In this document: positions 34,853 to 44,379 of the stretch, one piece after another
Layout: every line of letters begins with the position of its first letter
Numbering within the stretch: position 1 is the stretch's first letter
Assembly: GCA_963732385.1 (NCBI GenBank)
Contig: CAVSZB010000008.1
Span: 160,001 to 224,000 of the forward strand
Direction: 5' to 3'
DNA length: 64,000 nt
DNA from: an uncultured bacterium
GTDB lineage: Bacteria; Krumholzibacteriota; Krumholzibacteriia; LZORAL124-64-63
Translations under genes and position numbers: made by a program
Notes under the pieces: generated by a model
What the model was told of the DNA's origin: nothing
Seen by the model: the letters and a program-made list of their open reading frames with translations, nothing else
Database searches by the model: none

Positions 34853-36820
34853 ATGGACACCGCCACCGCGGGCGTGGCCGGGGATGTGCTGCTGCTCGTC
34901 GGCAACCCGAACGTCGGCAAAAGCGCCCTCTTCAGCCACCTGACAGGCAAGTACGTCACCGTTTCGAACTACCCCGGCACGACCGTCGATCTGACGCGCG
35001 GCCGCCACCGGGGCGACGGGCGCGAATACGAAGTCGTCGATACGCCGGGCGTCTACTCACTGCACCCGCAGTCCGAGGATGAACTGGTCACTCGCGACCT
35101 GCTGCTCGCCAACCCTCACGCCACCGTGATCCTGGTCCTGGACGCCAAGAACCTGGCGCGGGGACTCCTGCTCGCCCAGCAGCTCGGGGAGTTGGGCACG
35201 CCGTTCTGCGTGGCGCTCAACATGGCCGACGAGGCGCTCAGCCAGGGTCTGCGGATCGACGAGACCGCTCTGGCGGAAGCGCTCGGCGTGCCGGTCGTGT
35301 CGACCGTCGCCACGTCCGGACGCGGGGTCGATGCCCTGGCCCTCGTGATTGCGGAGGCCCGGGTGGGGCTTTTCCGCGGCGTCTTCCGGGGAGAAATCGA
35401 AACCGCCCTTTCCGGCCTCGCCGCGGTGTTGACGGAGGCCGCCGGGGCGTCGTCCGCCCGGCTGCTGGCGCTGGCGGCGCTGCAGGAACCGGCCTCGCTG
35501 CCGGCGTCCCTGCGCGCGGCGCTCGGCCCGGAGGGGTTCGCGCGTATCGAGGCGATTGCCGGTCCGGTGCGACGGCTCTACAACGTTCCTTTGGCGAGCG
35601 CACTCACCGCCACGCGGCTGGGCGAGGTCGGCGCTTTGGTGCGGCGGGTCCAGAACCGCCCGGCGGGGGGACCGGGCGGTCTGGCCTCGCGTCTGGGCAC
35701 GATCGCCGTGCATCCGGTGGGCGGCCTGTTCGCCGCCCTGGGCGTGCTGCTCGCCGTCTACGGATTCGTGGGGATGTTCGGGGCCGGCCTGCTCGTAGGC
35801 TGGCTGGAGAACGGGCTGTTCGGTCACCTGCTCAATCCCCTGCTCACCGCTGCCGTGGTCCGCTGCGTGCCGTGGACGCCGCTGCGGGATTTTTTCGTGG
35901 GCGAGTACGGGTTGTTCACCATGGCGCTCACCTACAGCCTGGCGATCATTTTGCCGGTCGTCGGCACCTTCTTCATCGCGTTCGGTGTGCTGGAGGACTC
36001 GGGGTACATGCCGCGCCTGGCGGTGATGGCCAACCGTTTCTTCCGCCGCATGGGTCTTCACGGCAAGGCGGTCCTGCCGATGATCCTGGGCCTCGGCTGC
36101 GACACGATGGCCACTCTCACCGCGCGCATCATGGAGACCCGCAAGGAGCGCATCCTCGTCACCCTGCTGCTTGCCCTCGGGGTGCCGTGCTCCGCGCAAC
36201 TCGGCGTGATCCTCGGCATGCTCGGCACGGTGTCGTTCGGCGGCGTGCTGATCTGGGTGGGGGTCGTGACGATGGTCATGCTGACCACCGGCGCCGTGGC
36301 TGCGCGTGTGCTGCCGGGGGCCGGCAGCGATTTCATTCTCGAGCTGCCGCCGATGAGGGTGCCCGGAATCCGCAACATCCTGATCAAGACCGGCGCGCGC
36401 CTCGAGTGGTACCTGAAGGAAGCGGTGCCGCTCTTCGTGCTGGGCACGATCCTGCTGTTCGCGCTCGATCGTCTGCACGTGCTGGTCTCGATCCGCAACG
36501 TGTCGGCGCCGGTCGTGCAGGCGCTGCTCGGTCTGCCGGAGCGGGCCACCGATGCGTTTCTCATCGGCTTCCTGCGCCGCGACTACGGTGCGGCGGGACT
36601 GTTCGATCTGCAGCGGCAGGGGCTGATGGACGGCCGGCAGGTCGTGGTAAGTCTCGTGGTCATCACCCTGTTCGTGCCGTGCATCGCGAATTTCTTAGTG
36701 ATGATCAAGGAGCGCGGCCTGCGCACGGCGCTGGCCATCGCGGGCGTGATCGTGGTGATCGCCCTGGGTGTCGGCGGTGCGCTGAACTGGTCCCTGCGCC
36801 TGTTGGGGGTCGAGCCTTGA
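34853..36820 (+). CDS. feoB: Ferrous iron transporter B
   Basis: G1 GNPNVGKS, G2 NYPGTT, G3 DTPG and G4 NMAD. Gate motifs 'LEDSGYMPR', 'LGLGC', 'PCSA' and 'FILELP'. Confidence 0.93.
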   Translation: MDTATAGVAGDVLLLVGNPNVGKSALFSHLTGKYVTVSNYPGTTVDLTRGRHRGDGREYEVVDTPGVYSLHPQSEDELVTRDLLLANPHATVILVLDAKNLARGLLLAQQLGELGTPFCVALNMADEALSQGLRIDETALAEALGVPVVSTVATSGRGVDALALVIAEARVGLFRGVFRGEIETALSGLAAVLTEAAGASSARLLALAALQEPASLPASLRAALGPEGFARIEAIAGPVRRLYNVPLASALTATRLGEVGALVRRVQNRPAGGPGGLASRLGTIAVHPVGGLFAALGVLLAVYGFVGMFGAGLLVGWLENGLFGHLLNPLLTAAVVRCVPWTPLRDFFVGEYGLFTMALTYSLAIILPVVGTFFIAFGVLEDSGYMPRLAVMANRFFRRMGLHGKAVLPMILGLGCDTMATLTARIMETRKERILVTLLLALGVPCSAQLGVILGMLGTVSFGGVLIWVGVVTMVMLTTGAVAARVLPGAGSDFILELPPMRVPGIRNILIKTGARLEWYLKEAVPLFVLGTILLFALDRLHVLVSIRNVSAPVVQALLGLPERATDAFLIGFLRRDYGAAGLFDLQRQGLMDGRQVVVSLVVITLFVPCIANFLVMIKERGLRTALAIAGVIVVIALGVGGALNWSLRLLGVEP

Positions 36821-37029
36821 CATCGCCGGGAGACGCATCGACCATCCGGTGTCCGTTGTGCGGCTACTGCTTCGCCCTGAGTGACCTGTCCTGTCACGCG
36901 CACTGTCCGCTCAGCCGCGGTTGCCGGGTCATCTGCTGCCCGCACTGTTCACTCAGTTTTCTCGGTCCGCGGCGACCGGCGGTTCCGGCGCCCCGGCGGG
37001 AAGGACTCTGGCACCGGTTATGGAAATGA
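36817..37029 (+). CDS. Small Cys-rich protein (FeoB-associated), not called separately by the ORF track
   Basis: TTG start overlapping the feoB stop; 'CPLCG...CHAHCPLSRGCRVICCPHC'. Confidence 0.7.
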   Translation: MTSPGDASTIRCPLCGYCFALSDLSCHAHCPLSRGCRVICCPHCSLSFLGPRRPAVPAPRREGLWHRLWK

Positions 37030-37682
37030 CCCACCGCGAAGCCCTGGAGGATCTGCTGGAGGCGGTCTGGCTCCGTCGGGAGGTGGGGCGTACGTTCGCC
37101 CTGGCGCGCCATACGGTCCGTCCGGAGAGCCCCGACCTGGCCGAGGTCGCGCGGAGGCTGGCGGACGAGGGCCTGCTGGCCGTGGATGAGGGGAAGGTCA
37201 CGCTCACTGCGGCGGGTGAGGCGCTGGCGGAGTCCGTGGTGCGGCGTCACCGGCTTGCCGAGCGGCTCTACACGGATCTCCTGCAGGGCAACGAGGCGGG
37301 CCAGCAGTCTTTCGCCTGTCGCTTCGAGCACATCCTGAGCGAGGAGGTGACCGTGGCGGTCTGCACGCTGCTCGGCCATCCGCCCACCTGTCCGCACGGC
37401 CACCGGATCCCGCCGGGCGACTGTTGCCGGCGGGCGGCGCGCGAGGTGCGGCCGGTCGTGCGTCCGCTCAGCGAATTCCCGCCCGGTGCGTCGGTGCGTA
37501 TCGTTTTCCTGACGCCGAGCTTCCATCAGCGTCTCGACCGCCTGAGCAGTTTCGGCGTGCTGCCGGGAGCGGTCGTGCGTCTCCATCAGAAGCACCCGGC
37601 CTGCGTGCTGCGCGTGGGCGCGACGGAGGTGGCTCTTGAGCGGGAAGTGGCGGGAGAGATCTATGCCATCGGCGTCGACTGA
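37020..37682 (+). CDS. DtxR/MntR-family regulator with C-terminal FeoA domain
   Basis: 'RRHRLAERL', 'ACRFEH' and 'CPHGHRIP'; FeoA-like 'RLSSFGVLPG'. Confidence 0.85.
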   Translation: MEMTHREALEDLLEAVWLRREVGRTFALARHTVRPESPDLAEVARRLADEGLLAVDEGKVTLTAAGEALAESVVRRHRLAERLYTDLLQGNEAGQQSFACRFEHILSEEVTVAVCTLLGHPPTCPHGHRIPPGDCCRRAAREVRPVVRPLSEFPPGASVRIVFLTPSFHQRLDRLSSFGVLPGAVVRLHQKHPACVLRVGATEVALEREVAGEIYAIGVD

Positions 37683-38850
37683 TCCGTCGCGGCCGCCCGC
37701 TCCGGATGGGGACGAGAGCTGGCTGCGCATCGCCGTCGACCGCGCGGCGCTGCGGCACAACGCCGCGCTGTTCCGCGCTCTGGCGCCGCCGCCCGTGCGT
37801 CTGCTGGCCGTGGTCAAGGCGGACGGCTACGGCCACGGTATCGTCATCGCCGCGCGCGCGTTTCTGGACGGCGGCGCCGACCTGCTCGGCGTGCACGCCG
37901 TGGCTGAGGCGCAGGCCCTGCGCGCCGCCGGCCTGCAGGCACCGATCCTGATCCTCGGTCCGCTGCCCGGACCGGGGGTGGCGCGGGCGCGGAGACTCGG
38001 CTGTGAGATCACGATCGGCTCGCTGGCGGGACTGGACGCCGCGGTGGCGGCCGGGTCGCCGGGGGACGATCCGCTGCCGGTCCACCTGAAGGTGGAGACC
38101 GGCGTGAACCGGCAGGGAATCGTGGAGGGTGAACTCGATGCCGCCCTGGCGCGTCTGGCCGGCGCGCCGGGCCTGCGGCTGAGCGGGCTGAGCAGCCACT
38201 TCGCCGACATCGAAGACACCACTGATCACGCGTTCGCCAGCGCGCAGATGGCGCGCTTCGAGGCGTGGCGGGCGGCGCTCGCGGCGCGCGGTCACGGCGA
38301 CCTGGAACACCACATGTCGTGCAGCGCGGCGGCCATCCTGTGGCCCGAGTCGCACCGGGCGCTGGTGCGGGTCGGGGTGTCGGCGTACGGGATCTGGCCC
38401 TCTCGGGAGAGCCGGGTGTCGGCGCGCGTCGCCGGCCGCGGCGAACTGGCGCTGCGGTCCGCGCTGACCTGGACCTGCGGCGTCTCCCAGGTCCGCACGG
38501 TGCCGGCGGGCGAGACCGTGGGCTACGGGCGTGCCTGGAAGGCGCCGGTGGAGAGCCGCATCGCCCTGCTGCCGGTCGGCTACGCGGACGGCTGGCCACG
38601 CGCCCTCTCCAGCCGGGCGCATGTCCTGCTGCGCGGCGAGCGGGCGCCGCTGCGCGGCCGGATCTGCATGAACCTCTGCATGGCGGATGTGACCCACATC
38701 CCCGGCGTGACGGCGGGCGATCGCGCCGTGCTGCTCGGGCGTCAGGGCGAGGAAACCATCAGCGCGGAAATGCTGGCCGAATGGCTCGGCACCATTCCGT
38801 ACGAGGTGCTGACGTTGCCCGGGGCTTCCTGGGTGAGGACGGCGGTCTGA
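37663..38850 (+). CDS. alr: Alanine racemase
   Basis: 'AVVKADGYGHG', 'HLKVETGVNRQG', 'VGYADG' and 'GRICMN'. Confidence 0.93.
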   Translation: MPSASTDPSRPPAPDGDESWLRIAVDRAALRHNAALFRALAPPPVRLLAVVKADGYGHGIVIAARAFLDGGADLLGVHAVAEAQALRAAGLQAPILILGPLPGPGVARARRLGCEITIGSLAGLDAAVAAGSPGDDPLPVHLKVETGVNRQGIVEGELDAALARLAGAPGLRLSGLSSHFADIEDTTDHAFASAQMARFEAWRAALAARGHGDLEHHMSCSAAAILWPESHRALVRVGVSAYGIWPSRESRVSARVAGRGELALRSALTWTCGVSQVRTVPAGETVGYGRAWKAPVESRIALLPVGYADGWPRALSSRAHVLLRGERAPLRGRICMNLCMADVTHIPGVTAGDRAVLLGRQGEETISAEMLAEWLGTIPYEVLTLPGASWVRTAV

Positions 38851-38860
38851 AGGAGGCATC

Positions 38861-39355
38861 GTGCTCGACGGGATTCGCGGTTTCTTCTCCGCGCATGTGG
38901 CCCCGGCGGCGCCGGGGGTTCAGGGGGCGTCCGAGCGCCGGATCGAGGTCGCCGTCTGCGTCCTGCTGCTGGAGGCGGCGCATGCCGACGCGGATTTCTC
39001 GGCTGCGGAGCGGGAACTCATCGGCACGTTGCTCGGCGAGCGCTTCAGCCTGGCCGGCCCGGAGGTGCGCGAACTGATGACGCTGGCGGAAGCGGAACGC
39101 GCCCGCAGCACGGACCTGTACGGATTCACGCGCCTGATTGCGCAGACCTACGACGATGCGGGCAAGCTCACGCTGCTCGAGTTGCTCTGGCGGGTGATCT
39201 ACAGCGATGAGCGTCTGGAAGCCCATGAGGATGCATTGATGCACAAGCTGGCTCACCTGCTCGGCCTGCACCACGCTGACCTGATCGCCCTGAAGCTCCG
39301 CGTCAAGGAGAGCCGGGGAGCACGCGGCGCCCCCGAGGCGATGCCCGGGGATTGA
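38861..39355 (+). CDS. TerB-family protein
   Basis: 'LLLEAAHADADFSAAE', 'DLYGFT' and 'LWRVIYSD...HED'. Confidence 0.8.
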   Translation: MLDGIRGFFSAHVAPAAPGVQGASERRIEVAVCVLLLEAAHADADFSAAERELIGTLLGERFSLAGPEVRELMTLAEAERARSTDLYGFTRLIAQTYDDAGKLTLLELLWRVIYSDERLEAHEDALMHKLAHLLGLHHADLIALKLRVKESRGARGAPEAMPGD

Positions 39356-39488
39356 GTGACGACAGCGTGACGCTCGCTGTACCCCAGGCGGTCGCGCTGC
39401 TGCTCCAGGTACACTGTCGGCTGCATATCCAAACATCAATAGAGGCGCAAAGCCATATCAAGCAGCTGATTATGGCGTGGGGAATTGC

Positions 39489-39504
39489 TGGCATCCGGAC
39501 TGCA
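39489..39504 (+). promoter_or_regulatory. sigma54 promoter upstream of the lipoprotein gene
   Basis: TGGCATCCGGACTGCA: GG(39490-91)-N10-GC(39502-03). IHF-like TATCAAgcagCTG just upstream. Confidence 0.55.
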
Positions 39505-39581
39505 TGCAGTCCGCGCTGGCGATGCAGCCGCCGTTTTCCGGCGACACCACTATGGAACGATCCTGACGCGGAGGTTGATAC

Positions 39582-40709
39582 ATGAAGCTGCGGACCCCGA
39601 TGCTGCTGACCGGGCTGGTTCTGGTCGCTGCGCTTGGCCTGGCCGGTTGCGGCGCGGACCAGGCCACGACCACGGCCACCGACGGCACGACTGACGATTA
39701 TGCCGCCCTGGATCTGGACGCCGAATTCGGCGGTCTCACCGCGACCGACGAGGCCGCGGCGTTCGGCGACATCGCCCTGGAGCAGGCGGTCATGGCGGAG
39801 ATGGACGAAGTGGCGGCCGACCCCCTTGCTGCTGATCCGCAGGTGGCACAGCTCGAGGCGCTGGCCGTCGCCACCGGGGATGCCGCGATGGCCCCGCGGC
39901 CGCGCGTCACGTTCCTGCGCGTCGTGTGGGGTGTGCTGGACGCCCCCCCCGACACGCTTGGCACGCTGGATGAAGGGCCGGACCGGGTCGACTGGTCCGG
40001 TCGGATCCAGGTGGACCGCGGTCTGGTGATCGTGCGGCGCGTGATCAGTTTCGAGCGGCCCCGCGATTATCTGCTGCCCCGTCTTGACCGGCGCACCGTG
40101 GGTTGGGTATCGCACACCGGTCCGCGCAGCGACGGCCTCCTGATCGAGATCCTCGAGCCGCCGGTCCTGCCCGATTCCACGGGCGCCCTGCCGCCGCCTA
40201 ACCGGCTGCGGTTCCGGACGGCTCCCTACGGCGCGGAATTCATCGTCGAGGAGCTCGTTGGTCTCGACGCCACCTTCCCGGTCCTGCCGGAGGGAAATGC
40301 CATCCACTTCACCGGCTTCCGCCCCGACATCTGTCCGCGGGGCTTCCTGGCCGGTTTCTGGCAGTCCCACGGCGACTCGGCGGGGTCGTTCCGCGGCCGC
40401 TGGCTCGGCCTGCAGGGGCGCAGCGACGGTTTCCTGCGTGGCGGCTACGGCTATGACAGCGAGGGGCGCCGCGTTATGGCGGGCAAGTGGATCAGCACGG
40501 CCGGGCAGTTCCGCGGCCTGTTGCGCGGAACCTGGGAGCCGCTGCCCGTGCCAGGGCATGGGCGGTTTTTCGGCCAATGGGTGAACGCGGCCGGCACGGT
40601 GGATGGCGAATTTGGCGGCGAGTTCCTGGCCGCGCCGGAACGCCCGGGAGGTTTCTTCGCGGGTCGCTGGGGGACGCTCTGTCCCGGCGGGGATGTCCTG
40701 CCGGAGTAA
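39582..40709 (+). CDS. Hypothetical lipoprotein with C-terminal Gly/aromatic beta-strand repeats
   Basis: RBS GGAGG, lipobox LAGC and eight G-x-[FL]-x-G-x-[WYF]-like repeats. Confidence 0.75.
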   Translation: MKLRTPMLLTGLVLVAALGLAGCGADQATTTATDGTTDDYAALDLDAEFGGLTATDEAAAFGDIALEQAVMAEMDEVAADPLAADPQVAQLEALAVATGDAAMAPRPRVTFLRVVWGVLDAPPDTLGTLDEGPDRVDWSGRIQVDRGLVIVRRVISFERPRDYLLPRLDRRTVGWVSHTGPRSDGLLIEILEPPVLPDSTGALPPPNRLRFRTAPYGAEFIVEELVGLDATFPVLPEGNAIHFTGFRPDICPRGFLAGFWQSHGDSAGSFRGRWLGLQGRSDGFLRGGYGYDSEGRRVMAGKWISTAGQFRGLLRGTWEPLPVPGHGRFFGQWVNAAGTVDGEFGGEFLAAPERPGGFFAGRWGTLCPGGDVLPE

Positions 40710-40733
40710 CCACGGCAGTCGTGAGGGCGACAT

Positions 40734-40765
40734 CCGGGAGGCGGCCCGACCGGGCCGCCTCCCGG
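40734..40765. terminator. Strong GC hairpin between convergent genes
   Basis: CCGGGAGGCGGCCCG-AC-CGGGCCGCCTCCCGG perfect inverted repeat. Confidence 0.65.
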
Positions 40766-40778
40766 CGTGAGGGCGGGG

Positions 40779-41375
40779 TCAGTCCCGCTCGATCTCCAGC
40801 AGCCCCGCGTGCACCAGCGGATGCACGACGAGCCGGTGGCGCGCCTCGATCACGAGGTCGACGCGTCCGCCGATCGAACCCTCCCCTCTGATCTCGTAGT
40901 CGTGGGCCGGCGAGTAGGCCTCGATTCCCTTCGCGTCGGGATCGATCGTTTCGACCGGCTCACCCCCCTCGAGTACCAAACCGGCCGGCAGTCCCTTCAG
41001 CAGCGCCTGGATCTCCTCGCCGTAGCGTCGCGCGAAAGCCTGATAGCGGAAGTGGATGCGGGCGGCGCGCACACGGCCCTCATCCGCCAGGCGCAGGCCT
41101 GCCTCGCTTTCCAGACGCGTGCGTACCGCGACGAGCCGGTCGCGCGTGGTCTGGTCCACGATGGCGCGGCATTCGTGGGGGGACAGGCCGACCATGCCGC
41201 GCAGGCGATCGCCGAGCGAGCGTCCGGCGGGCGCCTGCTCCGGGGGGAACTCCAGGTAGCCGGCGTGCCCGGCGCCCATGAGCAGTCCGCACAGGAAGCC
41301 CCGCCCCGCCTCGGGCATTCCCTCGATCACCACTTCGAAAAAGACCGGCGCGGACGTTGGGTTTTTGGCGGTCAT
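40779..41375 (-). CDS. Hypothetical protein
   Basis: RBS AAGGAG. Lies directly downstream of the antiporter. Coding-like codon usage. Confidence 0.7.
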   Translation of the reverse strand: MTAKNPTSAPVFFEVVIEGMPEAGRGFLCGLLMGAGHAGYLEFPPEQAPAGRSLGDRLRGMVGLSPHECRAIVDQTTRDRLVAVRTRLESEAGLRLADEGRVRAARIHFRYQAFARRYGEEIQALLKGLPAGLVLEGGEPVETIDPDAKGIEAYSPAHDYEIRGEGSIGGRVDLVIEARHRLVVHPLVHAGLLEIERD

Positions 41376-41387
41376 CAGCGCGACTCC

Positions 41388-42923
41388 TTAACGGAAGAAG
41401 AGCAGGGTGATGACGATGAACGTCGGGATCAGGAACGGAATCGAATAGCGGAACATGTAGCCGAAGAAACTCGGCATCGGCACACCCGCCTCTTCCGCGA
41501 TCGACTTCACCATGAAGTTGGGCGCATTGCCGATGTAGGTGTTGGCGCCCATGAACACCGCCCCGGCCGAGATGGCGGTGAGGTCGCGGATAAAATCGGG
41601 GTTGGCAGCGACGCCCGCCACGTGTCCGAGCATGCCCGGCACCGCGGATTCCGGCACGCCGAGGCTGCCGAGGGCCGTGTTGAAGAAGGTCAGATAGGTG
41701 GGGGCGTTGTCGAGGAAGCTCGACAGTCCGCCCGAGACCCAGAAGTAGTGCACCGGTTCGCGGACGGCGCGGATCAGCCCCGCCATGGCGCCGTGCACGC
41801 CGGCCTGCAGTATCTCGAGGGCCGGAATGATCGTAATGAAGATGCCGGCGAACAAAATCGCCACCTCGCGGATCGGCCCCCAGGAGAATTCGTTGCGCGC
41901 GCGCAAGGTCTTCGCGGTTGTCAGGAGCGACAACCAGCCCATGAGCAGCAGGAAGACGTCGCGCACGAGATTCTGGCGTTCGATCACGACGTGCCCGTAG
42001 ACATGCTGCGGCCCCAGCTTGACGGAACCGGAAAACAGCACACCGGCCATGACGCCGAGCAGGAAAAGCAGATTGTGCAGTCCCTCGATGCGCACCCGGC
42101 CCGCGCCCAAAGCGATCTCGGGTGGGCGCGCGGTCTCCCGCCGGAAGGCGTGCTGGTCGATCAAATAGAAGAGCGCGAGCAGGATGACCGTCGCCGTGGC
42201 GGCCTCCCGCAGCAACGCCGTGGTGACCCAGAAGAACGGCACCCCGTGCAGGAAGCCGAGGAACAACGGCGGATCGCCCAGCGGCGTCAGGGAACCGCCG
42301 ATGTTGGCGACCAGGAAGATGAAGAACGCCACCACGTGAACCTGGCTGCTCCGCCACGCATTCGCGCGCAGCAGCGGGCGGATCATGACCATGGCGGCGC
42401 CGGTGGTGCCGATCCAGGAGGCGAGGAGCGTCCCGATCAACAGCAGCAGCGTGTTGAGCGCCGGCGAGCCGCGCAAAGCTCCGCCCACGTAGATTCCGCC
42501 GGCGATCGTGAACAGCGCCCACAGCAGGATGATGAACGGGATGTAGTCGATGACCGCGATATGGATGATCTTCTGCAGCCCCTCGTTGCCGTACACCGCC
42601 AGGAACGGGACCGCCATGAGCAGCGCCCAGGCGGCCGACACCTTCGGGAAGTGATGGTGCCAGAAGCGGGGCGCCAACAGCGGGAAGAGGGCGATCGAGA
42701 GGAGAATCCCGGCGAACGGGAGGGTGCTCCAGAGCGGCAGACGCTCGCCGAACCCGGCCTGATGGACGGCGGCGCCGGTCTCCGCCCCGACGTTCCCGGC
42801 GGTTCCGGAAGCGGGAACCGACGCCATGGCGGTGATCCCGGACATCAGCAGCAGGGCCAGGAAAAGGAGCGCGGCGGTCCGCGGGGGCACCGACCGTCGC
42901 GGCGGCGGAAATACGGATCTCAT
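41388..42923 (-). CDS. Ion-transporter-superfamily membrane protein (putative Na+/H+ antiporter, CitMHS_2-like)
   Basis: More than 10 TM helices; 'IGTTGA', 'NIGGSLTPLGDPPL', 'SFLDNAPTY' and 'YIGNAPN'. Confidence 0.85.
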   Translation of the reverse strand: MRSVFPPPRRSVPPRTAALLFLALLLMSGITAMASVPASGTAGNVGAETGAAVHQAGFGERLPLWSTLPFAGILLSIALFPLLAPRFWHHHFPKVSAAWALLMAVPFLAVYGNEGLQKIIHIAVIDYIPFIILLWALFTIAGGIYVGGALRGSPALNTLLLLIGTLLASWIGTTGAAMVMIRPLLRANAWRSSQVHVVAFFIFLVANIGGSLTPLGDPPLFLGFLHGVPFFWVTTALLREAATATVILLALFYLIDQHAFRRETARPPEIALGAGRVRIEGLHNLLFLLGVMAGVLFSGSVKLGPQHVYGHVVIERQNLVRDVFLLLMGWLSLLTTAKTLRARNEFSWGPIREVAILFAGIFITIIPALEILQAGVHGAMAGLIRAVREPVHYFWVSGGLSSFLDNAPTYLTFFNTALGSLGVPESAVPGMLGHVAGVAANPDFIRDLTAISAGAVFMGANTYIGNAPNFMVKSIAEEAGVPMPSFFGYMFRYSIPFLIPTFIVITLLFFR

Positions 42924-43023
42924 GGGCGCCTCCGGGAAACGCGTGAGACAGCGCGGAAAAAGCCGGCGTCACGCGGACGCCGAGGTTCAGGCAGCGGTCG
43001 AATCGGAAGTTGAAAACGGCCTG

Positions 43024-43052
43024 AACGTAGGGTAGCTTCCCGGCGCTGTCAA
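43024..43052 (-). promoter_or_regulatory. sigma70 promoter of the antiporter
   Basis: TTGACA-N17-TACGTT on the minus strand. Confidence 0.55.
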
Positions 43053-43101
43053 TGATCGCCCGGCCTGGCGCGGGTGGGTTCGCGCTCCGATCGGTCCCGC
43101 C

Positions 43102-44265
43102 GTGAGAATCGCTTTTCTCAGTTCCCAGCACGGCTATTACGGCGGCGAGGTGCATTTGCTGCAACTCGCGCGGGGGCTGGCGCTGCGTGGCCACGAGGTG
43201 GCCTGCTGCGTGCCGCCCGGCAGCGGCCTGGCGGTCCGGTTGGCCGACACCGGTCTCGACGTGACCACCGTGCGGCTCGTGGATTGGTTCGAGCCGGTCG
43301 GGGCCGCGCGCTCGGTCGCCTGGCTGCGCCGTCTGCGGCCGGACATCCTGCACACGCACTGTCCCCGCGACCACTACCTGGCGGCGATGGCCACGCGCGG
43401 CCTCCCGACCCGCAACGTCGGCACGCGCCACGAATTGCTGCCGATCGGGGCGGCGCGGTTCAAGCGGCCGTTCTTCCGCCGGTTCGCCGCGATGATCGCC
43501 GTTTCGGAGGCGGTACGCACGGTCTTCGTGGCCTCGCGCGTCATGGATCCGGAGCGCGTGGTGACGGTTCGCAACGGCGTCGACACCGACCGCTTGATGC
43601 CGGTCCGCGGTAGTCTGCGGAGGGCGGCCGGTCTCGACGAGGATGACGTGCCGGTCGTTGGCTACGTCGGGCGCCTCTCGCCCGGCAAGGGGCTGGATAC
43701 GCTGATCGAGGCGATGGCGTTGTTGCGCCGCAACGGGGGACCTCGGGCGCGGCTCTTCATCGTGGGCGACGATCCGAGCCGCGACGGTGCCTACGGCGGC
43801 GCGCTGCGCCGCCGCGCCGCACAACGCGGCCTGGGCGAATCCGCGCACTTCTTCGGATGGGTGGAGGATGCCGCGGCCGCCGCCGCCGATTTTGACCTGC
43901 TCGTCGTGCCGTCGCGCGCGGAACCGTGCGGCCTCGTCACGCTCGAAGGGATGGTCCACGGCCATGCGATCATCGCCACCGCCGCCGGCGGCACAACGGA
44001 ACTGATTCGCGACGGCAGGGAGGGGCTGCTCGTACCGCCGGGCGATCCGGCGGCGCTGGCGGCACGGCTGGCGCGCCTGCTCGGCGATCCGGAGCTGCGC
44101 GCGCGCCTCGGCGCGTCGGCGCGTCGGCGCGTGACGGGGCAGTTTCCGCTGTCGAGGATGCTCGACGGTGTGGAGGGTGTGTACCGGCGCGTGGGCGAAG
44201 CCGGAGCGGCCGCGCGGGGCGTTGATCACGACGGCGGACAGGGCGAAGGGGCTTTGGAGTTTTGA
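43102..44265 (+). CDS. GT4 glycosyltransferase
   Basis: 'YGGE', 'VRNGVD', 'VGRLSPGKG' and 'EPCGLVTLEGM'. Confidence 0.9.
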   Translation: MRIAFLSSQHGYYGGEVHLLQLARGLALRGHEVACCVPPGSGLAVRLADTGLDVTTVRLVDWFEPVGAARSVAWLRRLRPDILHTHCPRDHYLAAMATRGLPTRNVGTRHELLPIGAARFKRPFFRRFAAMIAVSEAVRTVFVASRVMDPERVVTVRNGVDTDRLMPVRGSLRRAAGLDEDDVPVVGYVGRLSPGKGLDTLIEAMALLRRNGGPRARLFIVGDDPSRDGAYGGALRRRAAQRGLGESAHFFGWVEDAAAAAADFDLLVVPSRAEPCGLVTLEGMVHGHAIIATAAGGTTELIRDGREGLLVPPGDPAALAARLARLLGDPELRARLGASARRRVTGQFPLSRMLDGVEGVYRRVGEAGAAARGVDHDGGQGEGALEF

Positions 44266-44287
44266 TATCCAACGCTCGTGCTGGGCT

Positions 44288-44316
44288 TTGACTCTCCGAC
44301 CGGTGCGTGCTACAAT
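44288..44316 (+). promoter_or_regulatory. sigma70 promoter of the Omp28/TlpA operon
   Basis: TTGACT-N17-TACAAT with extended TG. Confidence 0.7.
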
Positions 44317-44379
44317 CCAACTAATCGGCCATTTCAATATTCGATCATCCACTTTCCAAGCCCTCGCCAGGAGCCGGGA

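Noticed and set aside
38861..39355. Tellurite-resistance or ter defence island
   Set aside because: It is a single TerB-family gene with no other ter genes.
39473..39489. Second sigma54 motif TGGCGTGGGGAATTGC
   Set aside because: The GG-GC spacing is 11 rather than the required 10; the adjacent motif at 39489-39504 fits.
40767..44352. Very long alternative-frame ORFs (for example 40767-43013 +, 41080-44352 -, 49289-52843 -, 27600-30887 -, 16435-19071 -)
   Set aside because: These are antisense or shadow frames of well-supported genes. They are Arg/Ala/Pro-rich, motif-free and expected at this GC content.
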